The translations under genes and the position numbers were made by a program. A stretch of 64,000 nucleotides of DNA from assembly GCA_951406725.2 (NCBI GenBank), contig OX597814.1, positions 210,614,001 to 210,678,000 of the forward strand. The letters are read 5' to 3'. Source of the stretch: Octopus vulgaris. Lineage: Eukaryota. Positions 41,570-56,252 of the stretch are shown here, one piece after another (the stretch's first letter is position 1; the number at the start of each line of letters is the position of its first letter). The notes under the pieces were generated by a model. That model did not search any database. It was not told the origin of the DNA and saw nothing but the letters and a program-made list of their open reading frames with translations.

Positions 41570-43700
41570 AGGAAGTGGGCCAGGAAGAAAACAGGTTAGG
41601 GATGCAGTACTACTTCTATAGTGAACCCCAAAAAGAGGCTATAGAAAACGAATGTTAACACTACTTTAGGATGTGGAAGTTATGTTTAAAGTGACCGAGT
41701 AGAAACAAGTAGATAAAGCTAATGCTATTAAGTATAAAAAGTGGATGACAGAATTGGAGGTGGAAGAGACCACAAGAGAACTAAGAAAGAACGACTAACA
41801 ACAACGTAAGAGATGCAACTCAAATCAAAGAGGAAGCTAAAGGAAAAAATAATAGCACTGCCAATAAGCAGGGACAACTCGCATCAGCGACTTAACCGAT
41901 TTAAATGAGGAGGACCAGAAGATTTTAGATCAACTGCAGGAAATAATGAGTAAAGTAAGAAAAAGATAGCCAGAATTAAACAGTACCAACAGAAGGAAGC
42001 TGTTAGATAGCGCTAGGAAAATAGATTCTGTTATCAGTAAGAAAAATACTAAGAATATAGAAGACACTAAATTTATTGACATACACAGGTGTAGCAATAA
42101 CGAGAAGATTACACATTCCAGAAGGAAAGATTTAAAAAGAGATGTGGTAAAGGATATTACAAAATAAAGTGAAGTCTTTAAGACAAGATCTGAGTAGAAT
42201 AGAAGCCCGGAAAATGAACAAGTGAGGAAACATATGATTTTTAATCTTCTCTTGAGATATGACAATTAGTCAAAGAGAAAGGATTTGGGAAAGACATAGA
42301 AGAGTTGAAACAGCGCATCATAGCAGCAATAGTTAAGTTTTACAGATATTAAAAACGGATAGATCAGTATTAACAGATGCAATTTTATAACCAAATAAAT
42401 AGCAGAAACGTATGTACTGAAGATGAGATACCTAATGCAGAAGAATCTAGAAAGTTCTGGACTAATATTTGGGATAAGTCAGTCAATCATAATGGAGATG
42501 CAGTATGGTTAAAGAAAGTGAAGAAAGAATTAATGAGCAATAAGCAGAGTAACTTCTTTTTGAAACTATTTTTAAGGCTGCGACATTTATTTCAAGGCTA
42601 TTGGCTAAAGAAATTTTCAGGATTACATGGGAGGTTGGGAGGAATAATGTCAGTATAGTTGACTAGAGGGCGACCAATACTCCTCATGAAAGATAAAAGC
42701 AAGGGTTATACAGCTAGCAATTATAACCCCAAAACTGCTTACCATTAGCGTGGAAGCTGTTAACAAAATACCTCCAGGAAGTATTTACAAGCCGCTTGAA
42801 AACCAGAATTTACTGCCAGAAGAATAAAGGTGCCAAGACGAAGGCTAGAGGAACATATCATCTATACACATAGATTGATTACAAAACAGCTTATGGCATG
42901 AACCCATCCTGATGGATAAGTGAATATTTGAGTATATTCCTTATAGTAGACAACATAAGAGTATTAACTGGATTTAGCATGGAGATATGGAAAGTAGATC
43001 TCCAGTCAGGTAACACAATATTAGGGAAAGTTATTATCAAACGAGGAATTTCCCCTTTAATATTTGTATTTTGTTAGAAACCCAAGTTTAGTATTAAGGA
43101 CATTAAAGGCAGGGTTTCAGTTCAGAAATAAAGGAAAAGTTAGCTATTTGGATGATCTGAAGATTTTTAGTAAGAATGTAAAAGAGAAAAAGGAACAAAA
43201 GTTATCTGACTGGAAGGAGAAGGCGTTGCATGGCAGGTTCCCAAAGACAGTTGCAGCAAATAGTAGTAGTGAGACATTGTTATGGTTGCAGAAAACAAGG
43301 TTGAACTGGTTGAAAGAAAGATTGTTATTAGTAGCACAATCCTTTTTCCACAGAAAGAATACAAGAAAAGGCATGACGTCCTAGGGTGTGTAGTCCACTA
43401 AGAGTTATGTAGAAAGATAGGATTTGAACGTATTGATAAACGGTATGAACATGAACTTAGTAAAGTACTAGAAAGTAAGAAATATAAGATGCTGTGTGAT
43501 TTTAGCATTCAGACTGACAGAGTGATAGAAGCTAGAAGGCCTGATTTAGTAGTAGCAGACAAAGAGAATAGAAAGTGCCAGACTTTACCTTTCCAAGTGA
43601 TGAACACATTAATATAAGAGATATATAAATAGCAAAATACCAGGAACTACACATTGAATTACAGAGACTGTGGAAAGTGCGGGTACTGCCTGTGTCACTA
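41570..43700 (+). mobile_element. Heavily decayed, deleted Dong/R4-like retrotransposon (RT remnants plus RLE endonuclease)
   Basis: KFWTNIW, GYWLKKF..LH, LSDWKEKALHGRF, YEHELSKVLE...CDFSIQTDRVIEARRPDLVVADK. Confidence 0.85.
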
Positions 43701-44275
43701 ATAGATGTCATCCAGAACCCACAGCAAATGCCTGCTTGGCTGACCGAAGGAACAACATACCTTCCACCACAATCTGAAGGCATGAAAAACCGAAAGAACT
43801 GCCGACCAATAATAATGTCTTAACACCACTTAGAAGATGCAAACAGTACTAACTGAAAGAATATACATTTTGCTCGAACAGAACTTTATCCTTCCACAGT
43901 CTCAAGAAAACAAATCCTTATGGAGGCAAAGATCTATTACTCATAAAGGAAATGATTGTAGAAAATTGCCGAGCCAAAAAAAAAAGAACCTGAGTATTGC
44001 ATGAATACGCTACAAGAAAGCGTTTGATTGTGTCCCACATAACTGGTTACTCAAGGCCCTTGAGATATACAAACTGTCACCTGTCGTCTCCAAATTCTTA
44101 CAAGGTAGCATGACTAAGTGGAATACACGCCTGCTTATACACCATTGTATTGATATCAGCCAATCCATCATCATCATCATCAAATAAGGTGTCTTTCAAG
44201 GTGACTCCCTGTCCCCAAGGCATAATGCTGCGCACGTTAGTGCAGCAAAAGCATATGATAAAAATAAGATACTAA
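43701..44275 (+). mobile_element. Second Dong/R4-like RT fragment
   Basis: PAWLTEGTTYL...NCRPI, YKKAFDCVPHNWL, GVFQGDSLSP; followed by (AAC/AAT)n. Confidence 0.88.
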
Positions 44276-44429
44276 AGAACAACAACAACAACAATAACAA
44301 TAACAATAACCATAATAATAATATTAGTAATAATAATAACAATAATAATGATAAAAATAATAATAATAATAATAATGATGATAATGATGATAATAGTATT
44401 ATTATTATTATTATTATCATTACTACTAT

Positions 44430-45369
<940 letters not shown>

Positions 45370-46358
45370 CTTTTTAAATTTTAGAACAAATACACCAAAT
45401 TAAGGAAAAAAGTGGTAACTGATGACAGCCACACCAGTTCTTCACTAGAAGTTTATGCTACCGATTTCAAAGAATAAAAGGCACGTTTGATCTCGGTGAT
45501 ATTTGGACGAATGTTATATTATAAAATATTCTAACAATTAAACTATATGCAAGCGAAATCCCTTTTAAACCTCCCTACTTTTGAAGAACACATGAAATAT
45601 CGCAGTATTTAACGTTCTATTTTTCTTTGATATAATGTAACTCTTATTAATTTATTCATCTTTGTGATGAGAATAATTTGTTATTTCTATATTTTTCTTG
45701 GTGATAGTGTTGCCTGGTAATTTATCTTCTGCAGATATAAGGGTTGCAAAATCAAAGCGAATAATGTTTGTTCTGCATTATGATGATATATTTTATATTC
45801 CTAATTTAGTAATTAGGCGGATCACCGCTTGAATCTAATTTGTTTAAGGACTGGAACGTTTGGAGAAAGTGACCCGAATTAGGCATGCCCGTACGGCGAA
45901 TTCCATGAAAGATTTGAAAACTTGACCAATACCAATTATGCCACTGTATGTTATCAGGCAGCAGTCAGAGAAGTAGAAACATGGCTTCGAGTGTGCACGA
46001 TAATACATTTTATTCTGTATTTTTTGGTGACACGAAGCACCCTTTTTTAATATCTTCCATTGCTTGCTTCCCCTAGCATATAATTTTCACCTAATACATT
46101 ATGTAAATCCTTTATTGTCTTATAAAAATATATTTATCCCATGTCTCAGAAAGTGGTCAATTAAATATAACATAGCTATTGTATTTTAGCACTTTTTATG
46201 CTCTTTCTTGGCTCTTTCGTGGCACTTTTGATGCTGTAGTGGTATGGTTCGACCTAAATAGTACTGATTGTCACATTAAAAATAAGCTAGAGGGAACACA
46301 AAATATTAACATCGGTGAGCAGAAATCTAGCCGTATTGCTTGCATGGGACAAACGTAC

Positions 46359-46418
<60 letters not shown>

Positions 46419-47156
46419 TACATGTACATTATTTTTATATTTGGCGTGGTGATTTCACGTATTGAATCATATCATATTGCGTCAAGCGAGAGTAATTGTC
46501 TTTTAGTACCTTATAACACATTCACCGATTTCCACTAATTTACTTATTTATTTTTTACTAAAATTTTCTTTGAGATTTGCAAACTGTTCAATAGTCGTTG
46601 ACTCGGTCCGTTCCTGGAATCACGTTCTCTTTATGTTGTTGTACGCATGCGTGTGCGTCAGTGTGCGTGTGATTACACATATGTATGTATTTATGTATGG
46701 ATATATGTATGCATGTGTGTATTTATTCTGCATATTCATCATCTTGTGTGTTCATGTTTGCAAGTTTGTGTGTGTCTCTGTATTTGTGTGTGTAACTATG
46801 TCTTCTGTGTTCATGTCTGAGTGTGTCGGTGTATGTGTGACTATGTATGTGCGCCTGTTCTGTATGGATTTCTGTCTCTCTATGTGTCCTTGTGCCATGA
46901 GCAGGTGTCGCCATGACACCTTTCTCTGACATGGTCAATGCAATGATGACAGGCTGCACACCTTCCTGCCAAGGTCTCATGTAAACAGCGGGATTTTACT
47001 TGAACGTTGAAACTAAGTGCGCAAACAACAAATATAAAAGTCAATCTTTGCCAAACGGCTTTACTCTGCGTGCTTTAGCTTGGTGACTATAGCAACAATC
47101 CGGATACTTATTGATCATACGTATCATTATATGTATATATATACATATATATCGGC

Positions 47157-47256
47157 TTCTTTACCGATGAGGTGTAGCCTTCGGTGGATTGACTTAATTT
47201 AATTTAATTAATCTGGTTTGCCATTAAAAACACCGAAACAATGCATTGTCTAAAAA
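47157..47256 (+). ncRNA. Type I hammerhead ribozyme, core variant CCGATGA, in a probable solo PLE pseudo-LTR (about 47150-47388)
   Basis: Stem I TTTA/TAAA; CCGATGA (47164-47170); stem II GGTG...CACC; GAAA (47235-47238); palindromic stem III ACAATGCATTGT; GTC triplet. Confidence 0.78.
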
Positions 47257-47384
47257 TGAATTAGGGTAAATGTTTTTAAATTTTCCTTTAATTTCTGAAT
47301 TACTACTACTTGGCGGTTTGAGTCCTGGCTGCTCTTTCTAGTGGGTCGAATGGCCTATTAAGGCCATTCCTCAATTGTTGTTGA

Positions 47385-47449
<65 letters not shown>

Positions 47450-47490
47450 TATACATATGTATATATATATATACATATATATATATATAC

Positions 47491-47580
<90 letters not shown>

Positions 47581-48451
47581 ATAAACACGCGCGCACACTC
47601 ACTTATATAACTGCTCCACTCCACAGTTAACTTATTCTTCCATACGTCATTTTATTTCAGATCCTTGTTGCGGCACGTTCTTGTTTCAAATATCATGAAG
47701 TATAAAAATTGTTTAAATGTATGAAACCATCAGTGTGTGCGTATAGTTTTCTTGGCCTGTGAAATTCTGTAATGTCTTTGTGTATGAAAGTATGCGGCGT
47801 CCATGTTTTTTTTTTTTTTACTGTGTATATGTGGGCATATATTTAGCATGTATAATATGCTTGTGGTACATATTTTCTATGCCTAACTATAATTAATGTA
47901 TCTGACTATTTTCTTACCACATTGTTTTACACAACCTCTGTTTCTTCACTTCATCCGGACCTCACAAATCAAGACCCACTTTTAATGTTCTTTCCGTGTG
48001 GAAACAGAGACATATAGAATCTGAGTTAACGGACACAAACTAACATTCATTTACACACACACATACACACACATTCAACTTCACGCACAATTGATCACAC
48101 GCACCCACTTCTCTCCTATATTTAAGAAAACATGTACTGCAATATTATGCAGAAAGGAAAATGTTCATTTTATCATTGATTGCAATGTTTTCAAGCGTTC
48201 AACAGCTGCTGCGTTGCAACGTGCTTACATACAGTGGTGTTATCAACGGTAGTGAATCATCGGAGCGTGTTATTCTGGGAGAAAAAAAATATACATAAAT
48301 CACTCACACACAAACGAATACAGAAGTATTCACACGTATTTTACACATTGAAACACATACAGAAACCTGAATTTGCAAACGCCCGCGCGCAGCACACACA
48401 TATGTGTATACAATATATATGTAAATTTACAAAGAAATATACACACACACA

Positions 48452-48497
<46 letters not shown>

Positions 48498-48500
48498 TAC

Positions 48501-48582
<82 letters not shown>

Positions 48583-48602
48583 GTATATATGTATTTATAT
48601 AT

Positions 48603-48639
<37 letters not shown>

Positions 48640-49671
48640 CGGATAGGAGCATGTATGTAGTATGTATACATGTACATCACATTTGTGCTGCTATATCTAT
48701 AATTCATAAGAATAAAAGAGGGAAGGCAGAAAATCATTAACATCTGCTTGCTGCATCTTACAAATGTCAAACTTTATAAATATTAACTATCAAATTCAGG
48801 TGCTGCAAAATACGTACATAATGAATAGCAACAATATTGAAAATTCTTCAAAGTAAATACATTCCTATCTCTATGCGGGGGTAGTTTCCTGCGGCAGATG
48901 AGCTCCTCGTTTCGCGTGAATGTGTCTGGGTTTTGTTATATAAATGTACTTTGGTTAGCGTAGCTTAATCTTCTAAGCTCTATATTCCCTTGTTAGATTA
49001 TAATATAGCATGAATTAAAGATTTCAGGTAAGCATAAATAATTTGCTGTATATTTATGCACAAAAATCCGCATTACGTTGAATCATTGTATAGCTTTCAA
49101 CGCATGTATGTACATATTCTCACTATTTCCATATTCTTATATTGTCAGATGTAACAAACAGTAACTACACATACTCACATAAGCACTTATAGAATACAAC
49201 CGAGCACACGTCTAAGTGAAATATTTCCACTAGTATTGTAAGTAAGTTTGTGTGTGCTTATACGTACATACATACACAAGTACATATACTCACATATATA
49301 CATGTGTGTATGAATGTGTATTTTTTTGTGTGTGTGCATATATAAAGAACATATATGTGTGCAAAGTTTCCAATATCATGCAATGTACCCACAATTATAC
49401 AACATAGTAGTCTTTAAAATAAACTTAATCTTGGGAAAGTATTTTGAAGTGGAGAGAAATTGTATCCGTAACTTTTGAGTTGAAGTTTCTAACTAAAATA
49501 TATTAAGAAAACTTTGACAAAGCAGTGATAGCAGCCGCATTTCATCGATAGAGAAATATTTATCTGCTATAACGACATGTGCATTTTTATGACATCAGGA
49601 TTTGTCTCGTGTGTTTTATCAGTGAATGTATGTGCGCGTAATTCATATTTGCTTTACGCCACAACGCTCAC

Positions 49672-49940
49672 AGACGTCCTCTCCAATTCGAAAGTAGAGT
49701 ATGTCTTTCACTAGACCAGCGACAGTATTTGCCGGAACCTCGTTCATGTTACTGTTACGCGTCCTAAATGCCGTGGCTCTGAGTGAGCTCATCTCTCCAT
49801 TGACCGGCCTTGTATATAGTCCTGCGGAATCCTCCTCACCTGGCGAGCCAGGTGGGAGAGATGGTGTCCTCGCCAACCACCTCATCACGAAACAGAGGGT
49901 AATAGTATCAGAAGCATGACTTTATTGACTTGACATTTAC
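49672..49940 (-). CDS. Candidate host-gene exon containing a start codon (product unknown)
   Basis: GC-richer non-repetitive island; acceptor cctctcacAG at 49941-49942; ATG at 49885 opens MRWLARTPSLPPGSPGEEDSAG...LVKDILYFRIGEDV; possible donors GTGAGG (49839), GTGAGC (49671), GTAAAG (49657). No homolog recognised. Confidence 0.45.
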
Positions 49941-50805
49941 CTGTGAGAGGTGTGACTGTTATATTCATTAGTAGAAGATTGTTTCATATATATCTTGGGC
50001 ACCCTTTGATACCATAATATTTGCATCGTGTTTCGTTTAAACTTATATAGAATTTTACTGTGTAAGCTGGATTAGTAATTACATTCGTAGACTACATTTA
50101 ATCGAACGGGATGGTAGAATTGAAGTACATTGGAAAATTGTCCTGGGGTATTTTTGTCACTTGTATTCTGAATTCCAATCCTACCATGCTCAAATTGGCA
50201 TTTCGTCTGTAAGCAGCTTATAAAATAAACAGTCGTATACAGCGGCCAGCATCGACTAATCCCATTCACCGAACTACTAGCATCGTGTTTAAGCTAGAAG
50301 CATTTATTAGAGGATTGTCAGATTATAATTTTCCCACCTTGTTACAATTTCGTTTGAATGTTTTCAAATAATTTGTCCGAAAAAATTGTCGACGTTCTCT
50401 TATAGTAATATACGATATTAAATATTAAGCGCTCATGCGGCTTATCTGTAGCAAATTTGTATCACTACAGAATGTGAAAGCTTCGACACATCAAAAATGT
50501 ATTATCAAAAGTCAATTGAGTATGAACATTTGGGAACCAGAGTAAATATGTATATTTACCGTAGTCTGAGTCATTATCCAATGAAGTTGGGAAATATATC
50601 TGGTATTTCTTATTATCACAATCATGAATCTCAAAATGATTGTATGAGGCATGATTATATAATCTAACGTAAGATGTTAGGAAACTTTCACGCTTAAGAT
50701 ATATTTAACTGTCACATATTTCGGACATTCGGATTTAAAGGAACCATTGCGATTGAGAAATTCATTAATATATAAATTCCCTTGAAAGCTTTGTCGTTTC
50801 GAGAG

Positions 50806-51560
50806 AATCTACCGAGCTTCTTTTGGGCAGAAAATGCGACACCAAATCAAATATTGTCTCATTAAATGTCTACATTGTTTTAGGTTTCTTTGTAACCCAT
50901 TCTTCTTCGGGTGCCTTTTTACCTCACCCGTCTCACCGTTTCCCGTCTCCCGCTTCCCTTCACCTACCACCACACCACCCAGCATCTCCAACGCACAATT
51001 CTTCGAGCCTTCCGAAGACTCCAGTCCGACCGTTCCTCTACGCATATCTTCCCTAAACGACCCGTCCCCTCCTTCAAACGATCCCACAACCTACGAGGCC
51101 GCTTGGTTCACAGTTCCTTCCCTAACCCAACATAACAACACGGCTACTTCCCCTTTTTCCTGTCCACGCTGCTGCACTTGCCCCCTACCATTCCAACACC
51201 GGCACCCATCTCTCCTCACCGACACCCATCATCGACCCTCTCACATCAACGACTCCTTCACCAGCACTTCTAGCAATGTCATCTACCGCATCCCCTGGTC
51301 TCTGTCCTTCTCTATAAATCGGTCAAACAGGACGCCTCATGGGTGACAGGTCAGTGGAACACCTCTGAAACATCCGACTTGGCAATGACACCCCGATCTC
51401 GCGTCATTTCCGCTCTACCGGTCACTATTTGCAACATCTGCCTGCATTCGGATTGTCCTTGCATAGGGGCCATCCAGACTGCCGTCTTCAAAGTGGACAA
51501 GGATTAATATTCTCTCTACGCTCCTTTGTGCCACATGGGATTAACTCTCTCCTCTTCATA
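50806..51560 (+). mobile_element. Decayed Penelope-like element, RT C-terminus/linker plus GIY-YIG
   Basis: CPRCCTCP, HINDSFTSTSSNVIYRI, then GQTGRLMGDRSVEHL*NIR...ISRHFRSTGH; a pyrimidine-rich tail follows. Confidence 0.85.
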
Positions 51561-51873
51561 TAACTCTCCTCCCCTCCTCTCTTCTCACACCTACTTTCTC
51601 CCACCCATCTCTCATCTTTTGCTCAAAATCCTACATCTGTTCACTCATACGCTTCTCTCTTCTCTTCACTCCTACCCGCCTTCTACCTTCCCTCTCCCTT
51701 CATCGTCACACCTCTCCCGTTACCCCTTTAATTTTCCATTAATCCAAGTACAATCTCCAATATTTAGATATTCTATTGCAAGTGCGTTGCCATCATTATA
51801 GACGTAGAATGAATTTTAAATATCTATATATGATTTAGGATCTCTTTGTATTTCTTCATATTAAATAAATAAT

Positions 51874-52125
51874 AAATGCGCCCTTTTTAAAGCCTAGCCA
51901 TGCTCATGGGCCCAGTTTCCCGGTTTATATGGCGTATGTGTTCCCCAGCTGGACGGGACGCCAGCCATCGCAGTGTTATTCATTTTTGCCAGCTGAGCGG
52001 ACTGGAACAACGTGAAATGAAGTGTTTTGGTCAATAACACAACGCGTCGCCCGGCCCAGGAATCGAAACCACAATCTTACGATCATGACGCTGACACCCT
52101 AACCACTAAGCCACGCGCCTCCACA
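51874..52125 (-). mobile_element. tRNA-derived SINE (family-C-related head and core)
   Basis: Reverse complement gtggaggcgcgtggcttagtggttagggtgtcagc...ggtttcgattcctgggccgggc; core shared with 16500-16570. Confidence 0.88.
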
Positions 52126-53865
52126 TGTCTTCGTATTGGATTACTACAATTCATACTTTCAAACTTTAAGTATTAAAGCAATGAGTTTAATTGGTTGACG
52201 ATTCTAGTGATGTTAGCGTCAGATAGCAAATAACTGTACGGGAAGTGAGATGAAGGCTCTTTTAAAAATTATAAAACAACAATGTCACAAAACTAATGAG
52301 AGCCTTCTGTACTGTATATTAGTATCTCTTTCGTACTACTTCAGCAAATGATAATTTGTAAAAGGAAAATCTCCGGCCTTCGTAGATTATAAAAGAAACA
52401 TGGAGAGCTAGACACGGTGTATTTGAATACATGGTATAGTAAATGAAACGCCTTAAATCTGAGAAATCATATCTTATTTTAGTACAAGAAATTATCTCTT
52501 TCTATGTTATTGCTTTCTTTAATAACACTTTGCCGATTATCAGTGTTTAGTCTACTCTTTAAAAAACCCCCAAAATTTCCCCCCAAAACCAACATAATCA
52601 GGTGGGTCTCGAATGCATGTGTATGTGTGTTTGCGGTGTGTGTGTGTGCGAGCGCGTATGTGTGTGTGCTTTTGTGTGTGTGTATTGACAATTGTAAGGA
52701 ATCTGATTTCCATATTTAGTGTCTCTACTAAACATACTACATTCATATTCTCCCGGGTCAAATTTGATTTTCATTCCTCCTCAATTTTTACAAGTCATGA
52801 AACACATTGGATGTAATCTACTATACGCACTTTTGTTCTACAGAGAAAAAAAAAACATCAGTAGTTATTACTCATACGAGCACTCCAAATTGAGCGTCAC
52901 TATTAATGACTTTATATTATATTATCGGATGAAAAATATATTTCTTCTGATACTAATGTACATATTTTTTTTTTACTCTTCAAAATATTTTATTGATTTT
53001 TTACCCGAACATCCGCAACATAATGGAAAATGAAGTGCGCTTTGTTTAGTGCTTATTAATATCTGGTTATTTTATCTTGTGTGCAAATTTGTTTTGTATT
53101 TCATTATTTCCACTGTTTCTTGTATCTTTTGTATTTTCTGTAATGATTGTTATTGCTTATTTTAAGTGAATGCCTACCATTTTTATGTTACCTTATTTTT
53201 TTGAAATTTACATTTCAAAATTTCCAATATTTTATTCTATTCTCACTTCAAGTTCGATCAATGTTAATTTGCCTCAATACTAATATATGCCGCTTCAAAA
53301 CGCAAAACAGCACGCATGCATACATACATATATACATACTTAGATATATGCGCATAAATGGTTATACATAGCCCTAATTTTTCATCTCTTTCCCTCATAT
53401 AGACTGAATGTTCAAATGTATCTGGTTACATTGCCTAAGTGATTTTATATGTACGTATTTACATACAAACTTACAATATCTACATGCAATACGTATGAAC
53501 ATGCTTGTGCATTTTGTTCTGCGCGCAACAGTGTGCGAATACATAAAGATAATATAATAGAAAAAATAGAATTGAGAGTCTCAGTATGAAAAATGTGGGT
53601 GTGATATATGTATTAAGGAACTGCGAACGAGAGGTAGAGGAGGAGAGAAAGAGAAAGAGAGAGAGAGGGGAGAGAAATTCGAATTGGTGGACGGAAACTG
53701 AAAGAATCTCATCGTATATATATATAACTTATAAATAAGGGCAAACGAAAACATTTCTAATGCCAAATATGCCGAAAATTGGACATATTGTCCATTGCCA
53801 TATAATCCTTCCTATTAATATGCTGGCCATTGATAAAATTTGTTTTCGAAAAACTTTTATCCTAC

Positions 53866-53927
<62 letters not shown>

Positions 53928-54041
53928 TGTGTGTGTGTGTGTGTGTGTATTTGTGTGTGTGTTTCTATATATATATATATATATGTAGAATTCTGTTGAA
54001 TAATTTACTGAAGTTGAGTCACCAAGTCAGTTCAGTGTAGT

Positions 54042-54545
54042 CCATAGCTGGACTTTAGTTGAATAAAAGCAAATGAGTGTAGATGTCTCTGTTTTAGTGG
54101 ATTATGGTCGTTTCATGTGGCACCATTTAATCGATCAATGCAAACATTATACGAATTTGAAATAAAACGCTCTCTTCGGATGCGTAAGACCATAGAGATT
54201 TCCAACATATATTCACACTTATTATTCTTTTGTGCCACTCTGAATCGTAGTAGTCTTAAGGTATTTTTCCTAAAATTCATTCTGATACAATAATAGCAAA
54301 AAGAAACAATGTCTTCTAGTCCCTAGTACTGATGAAAAATTTGCGAAAATATTACAATGGAGTATCTTGTATGTTGGAAATCTATATGGTCATAGGCATC
54401 CCAGGAGAATAGTTTATTTCAAATTGAGGTAATGGTTGCATTGATCGATTAATTGGAGTCGCTTAAAACGGCCGTAATGCAATAATGCCTGGATATCCTT
54501 GTTACTCATTTACTTTATATAGTTTTAGTAAAAGACAGCCTATGG
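54042..54545. mobile_element. Foldback/MITE-like element with diverged inverted arms of about 200 bp
   Basis: ggatgcgtaagaccatagagatttccaacata pairs with tatgttggaaatctatatggtcataggcatcc; ttaatcgatcaatgcaa with ttgcattgatcgattaa; ends ccatagctg / cagcctatgg. Confidence 0.8.
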
Positions 54546-54960
54546 TTATTAGTAAGAGACAACTAAAATCTTACTTGAAAAAATTTAAGGCGTAGGAGTG
54601 GCTGTGTGGTAAATAGCTTGCTTACCAGCCACATGGTTTCAGGTTCAGTCCCACCGCGTGGCACCTTAGGTAAGTGACTTCTAAAATAGCCTCGGGCCGA
54701 CCAAATCCTTGTGAGTTGATTTGGTAGAGGGAAACTGAAAGAAGCCCTTCGTATATATATATATATACGTATATATATATATATATATATTGTTATATTT
54801 CGGAATGGTCATATTGCCAGTTTAGCCAATAAAAAACACACGCACTATATATTTGGTGTTATTTTGCTTCAGTGATATTTATTTTTTACATTAATCTTAA
54901 TCTTATTTCGGCCAAAGTTCTACAGAATTAAAGAGACACATACAGTATTTCATTCACCGC

Positions 54961-55695
54961 ATGCAGTTCTCAGGTTACAGCCATAAAGAAAGGATCAGAG
55001 TATACAAAGGAGCCATGAAGAAATTTGATAATATATTATGTAATGATAGGAATGGGATTTGCCCACTCTATAGGAACAAGTCATGGAACACTATAGAAAG
55101 GACAAAAAAGAAAATAAGGAAGGCCAACTCTTGGTATGATAGCCATAAATACCAGAGTGTCATGTTCGTTGACACCACCCCTGGAGGTGAACTAGCGTAC
55201 CGCTTTAGAAGGACCCTAGATAAACTTAAACTAAGAATTAAGGTTGTTGAAAAGCCAGGCAACCCTATCAGATCTATAATTGGTAGAACCTATCCTTTTA
55301 GTAGAACTCTCTGTACGGATAACTATTGCACTGTATGTAGATTTAGCCCACAAACGAACTGTAAAGCCAGAAATGTGGTCTATAGTATAAGATGTATAGA
55401 GGGACGATGCAGTAACAAGACAGTAACATACGTAGGGGAAACTGCAAGAAGCATTGGTGAGCGGGTGAATGAACATTGGAGACAACTCAAGGAAGGTAAA
55501 AGCTCATCGATTCTGTACCAACACGCCGAACAAGAACACGGGGGATCAATCAATAACATAGAGATTAAGATATTGTCCACACATAGAACAGATGCAACAA
55601 TTAGACAAATTACAGAAGCTACACATATAATAGAAAATAAACCTAGCCTGAATAGAAAACTAGAATGGAGCAATAGCGCACACCACAACATATGA
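54961..55695 (+). CDS. PLE ORF C-terminus: GIY-YIG endonuclease (5'-truncated)
   Basis: C....C..C zinc linker, NVVYSIRC, YVGETARSIGERVNEH, RQITEA..I...KPSLN. Confidence 0.9.
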   Translation: MQFSGYSHKERIRVYKGAMKKFDNILCNDRNGICPLYRNKSWNTIERTKKKIRKANSWYDSHKYQSVMFVDTTPGGELAYRFRRTLDKLKLRIKVVEKPGNPIRSIIGRTYPFSRTLCTDNYCTVCRFSPQTNCKARNVVYSIRCIEGRCSNKTVTYVGETARSIGERVNEHWRQLKEGKSSSILYQHAEQEHGGSINNIEIKILSTHRTDATIRQITEATHIIENKPSLNRKLEWSNSAHHNI

Positions 55696-56207
55696 CAATA
55701 GTGGATCCTGCAAACATAATAAATACACAGGTAATTAAAGAAATAGAAATGAATATCTATATATATATGTATATGTGTATATATATGTATATGTATATGT
55801 GTATATGTGTGTGTATATATGTATATATATATATATATATATGTATATGTATGTATATATATATATATGTATATGTATATTCTTTTTTTTTTTCTCGATT
55901 AGATTTATTATTATTATTACTAATATTGTTGTTATACATACATACAAGCATATGTAATGATAATAATGGGTGGATGTAAACACATGAATAAAATTAGAAC
56001 AAAAGCAACAACAACAAAAACAAAATACAAATTACAAGAATGTATATAACCAGAAGATACAAATATTACAGGCATCCCCCACACACACACTAAATAAACA
56101 TAGACGCACATAGAGATATAAGCATGCGCAAATGAAGACATACAATAGAAATACAAAATGGCTGACGGTTAGTAAGGAGAGACACAAGTAAGTGAGAAGA
56201 AAACAAA

Positions 56208-56252
56208 GGACCACTGATGCGGTCACAGGAGTGTGACGAAAGAACTTTGGCC
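56208..56252 (+). ncRNA. Putative variant minimal hammerhead ribozyme in the PLE pseudo-LTR
   Basis: Stem I GG(A)CCA/TGGCC; core CTGATGCG; stem II GTCAC-aggagt-GTGAC; GAAA; mini stem III AG-aa-CT; CTT triplet. Confidence 0.55.

Noticed and set aside
49701-49919. Plus-strand ORF with a hydrophobic N-terminus
   Set aside because: Probably the antisense shadow of the minus-strand candidate exon; the splice signals favour minus.
54328-54355. CTGATGA-aaaatttgc-GAAA inside the foldback element
   Set aside because: Stems I and II do not pair.
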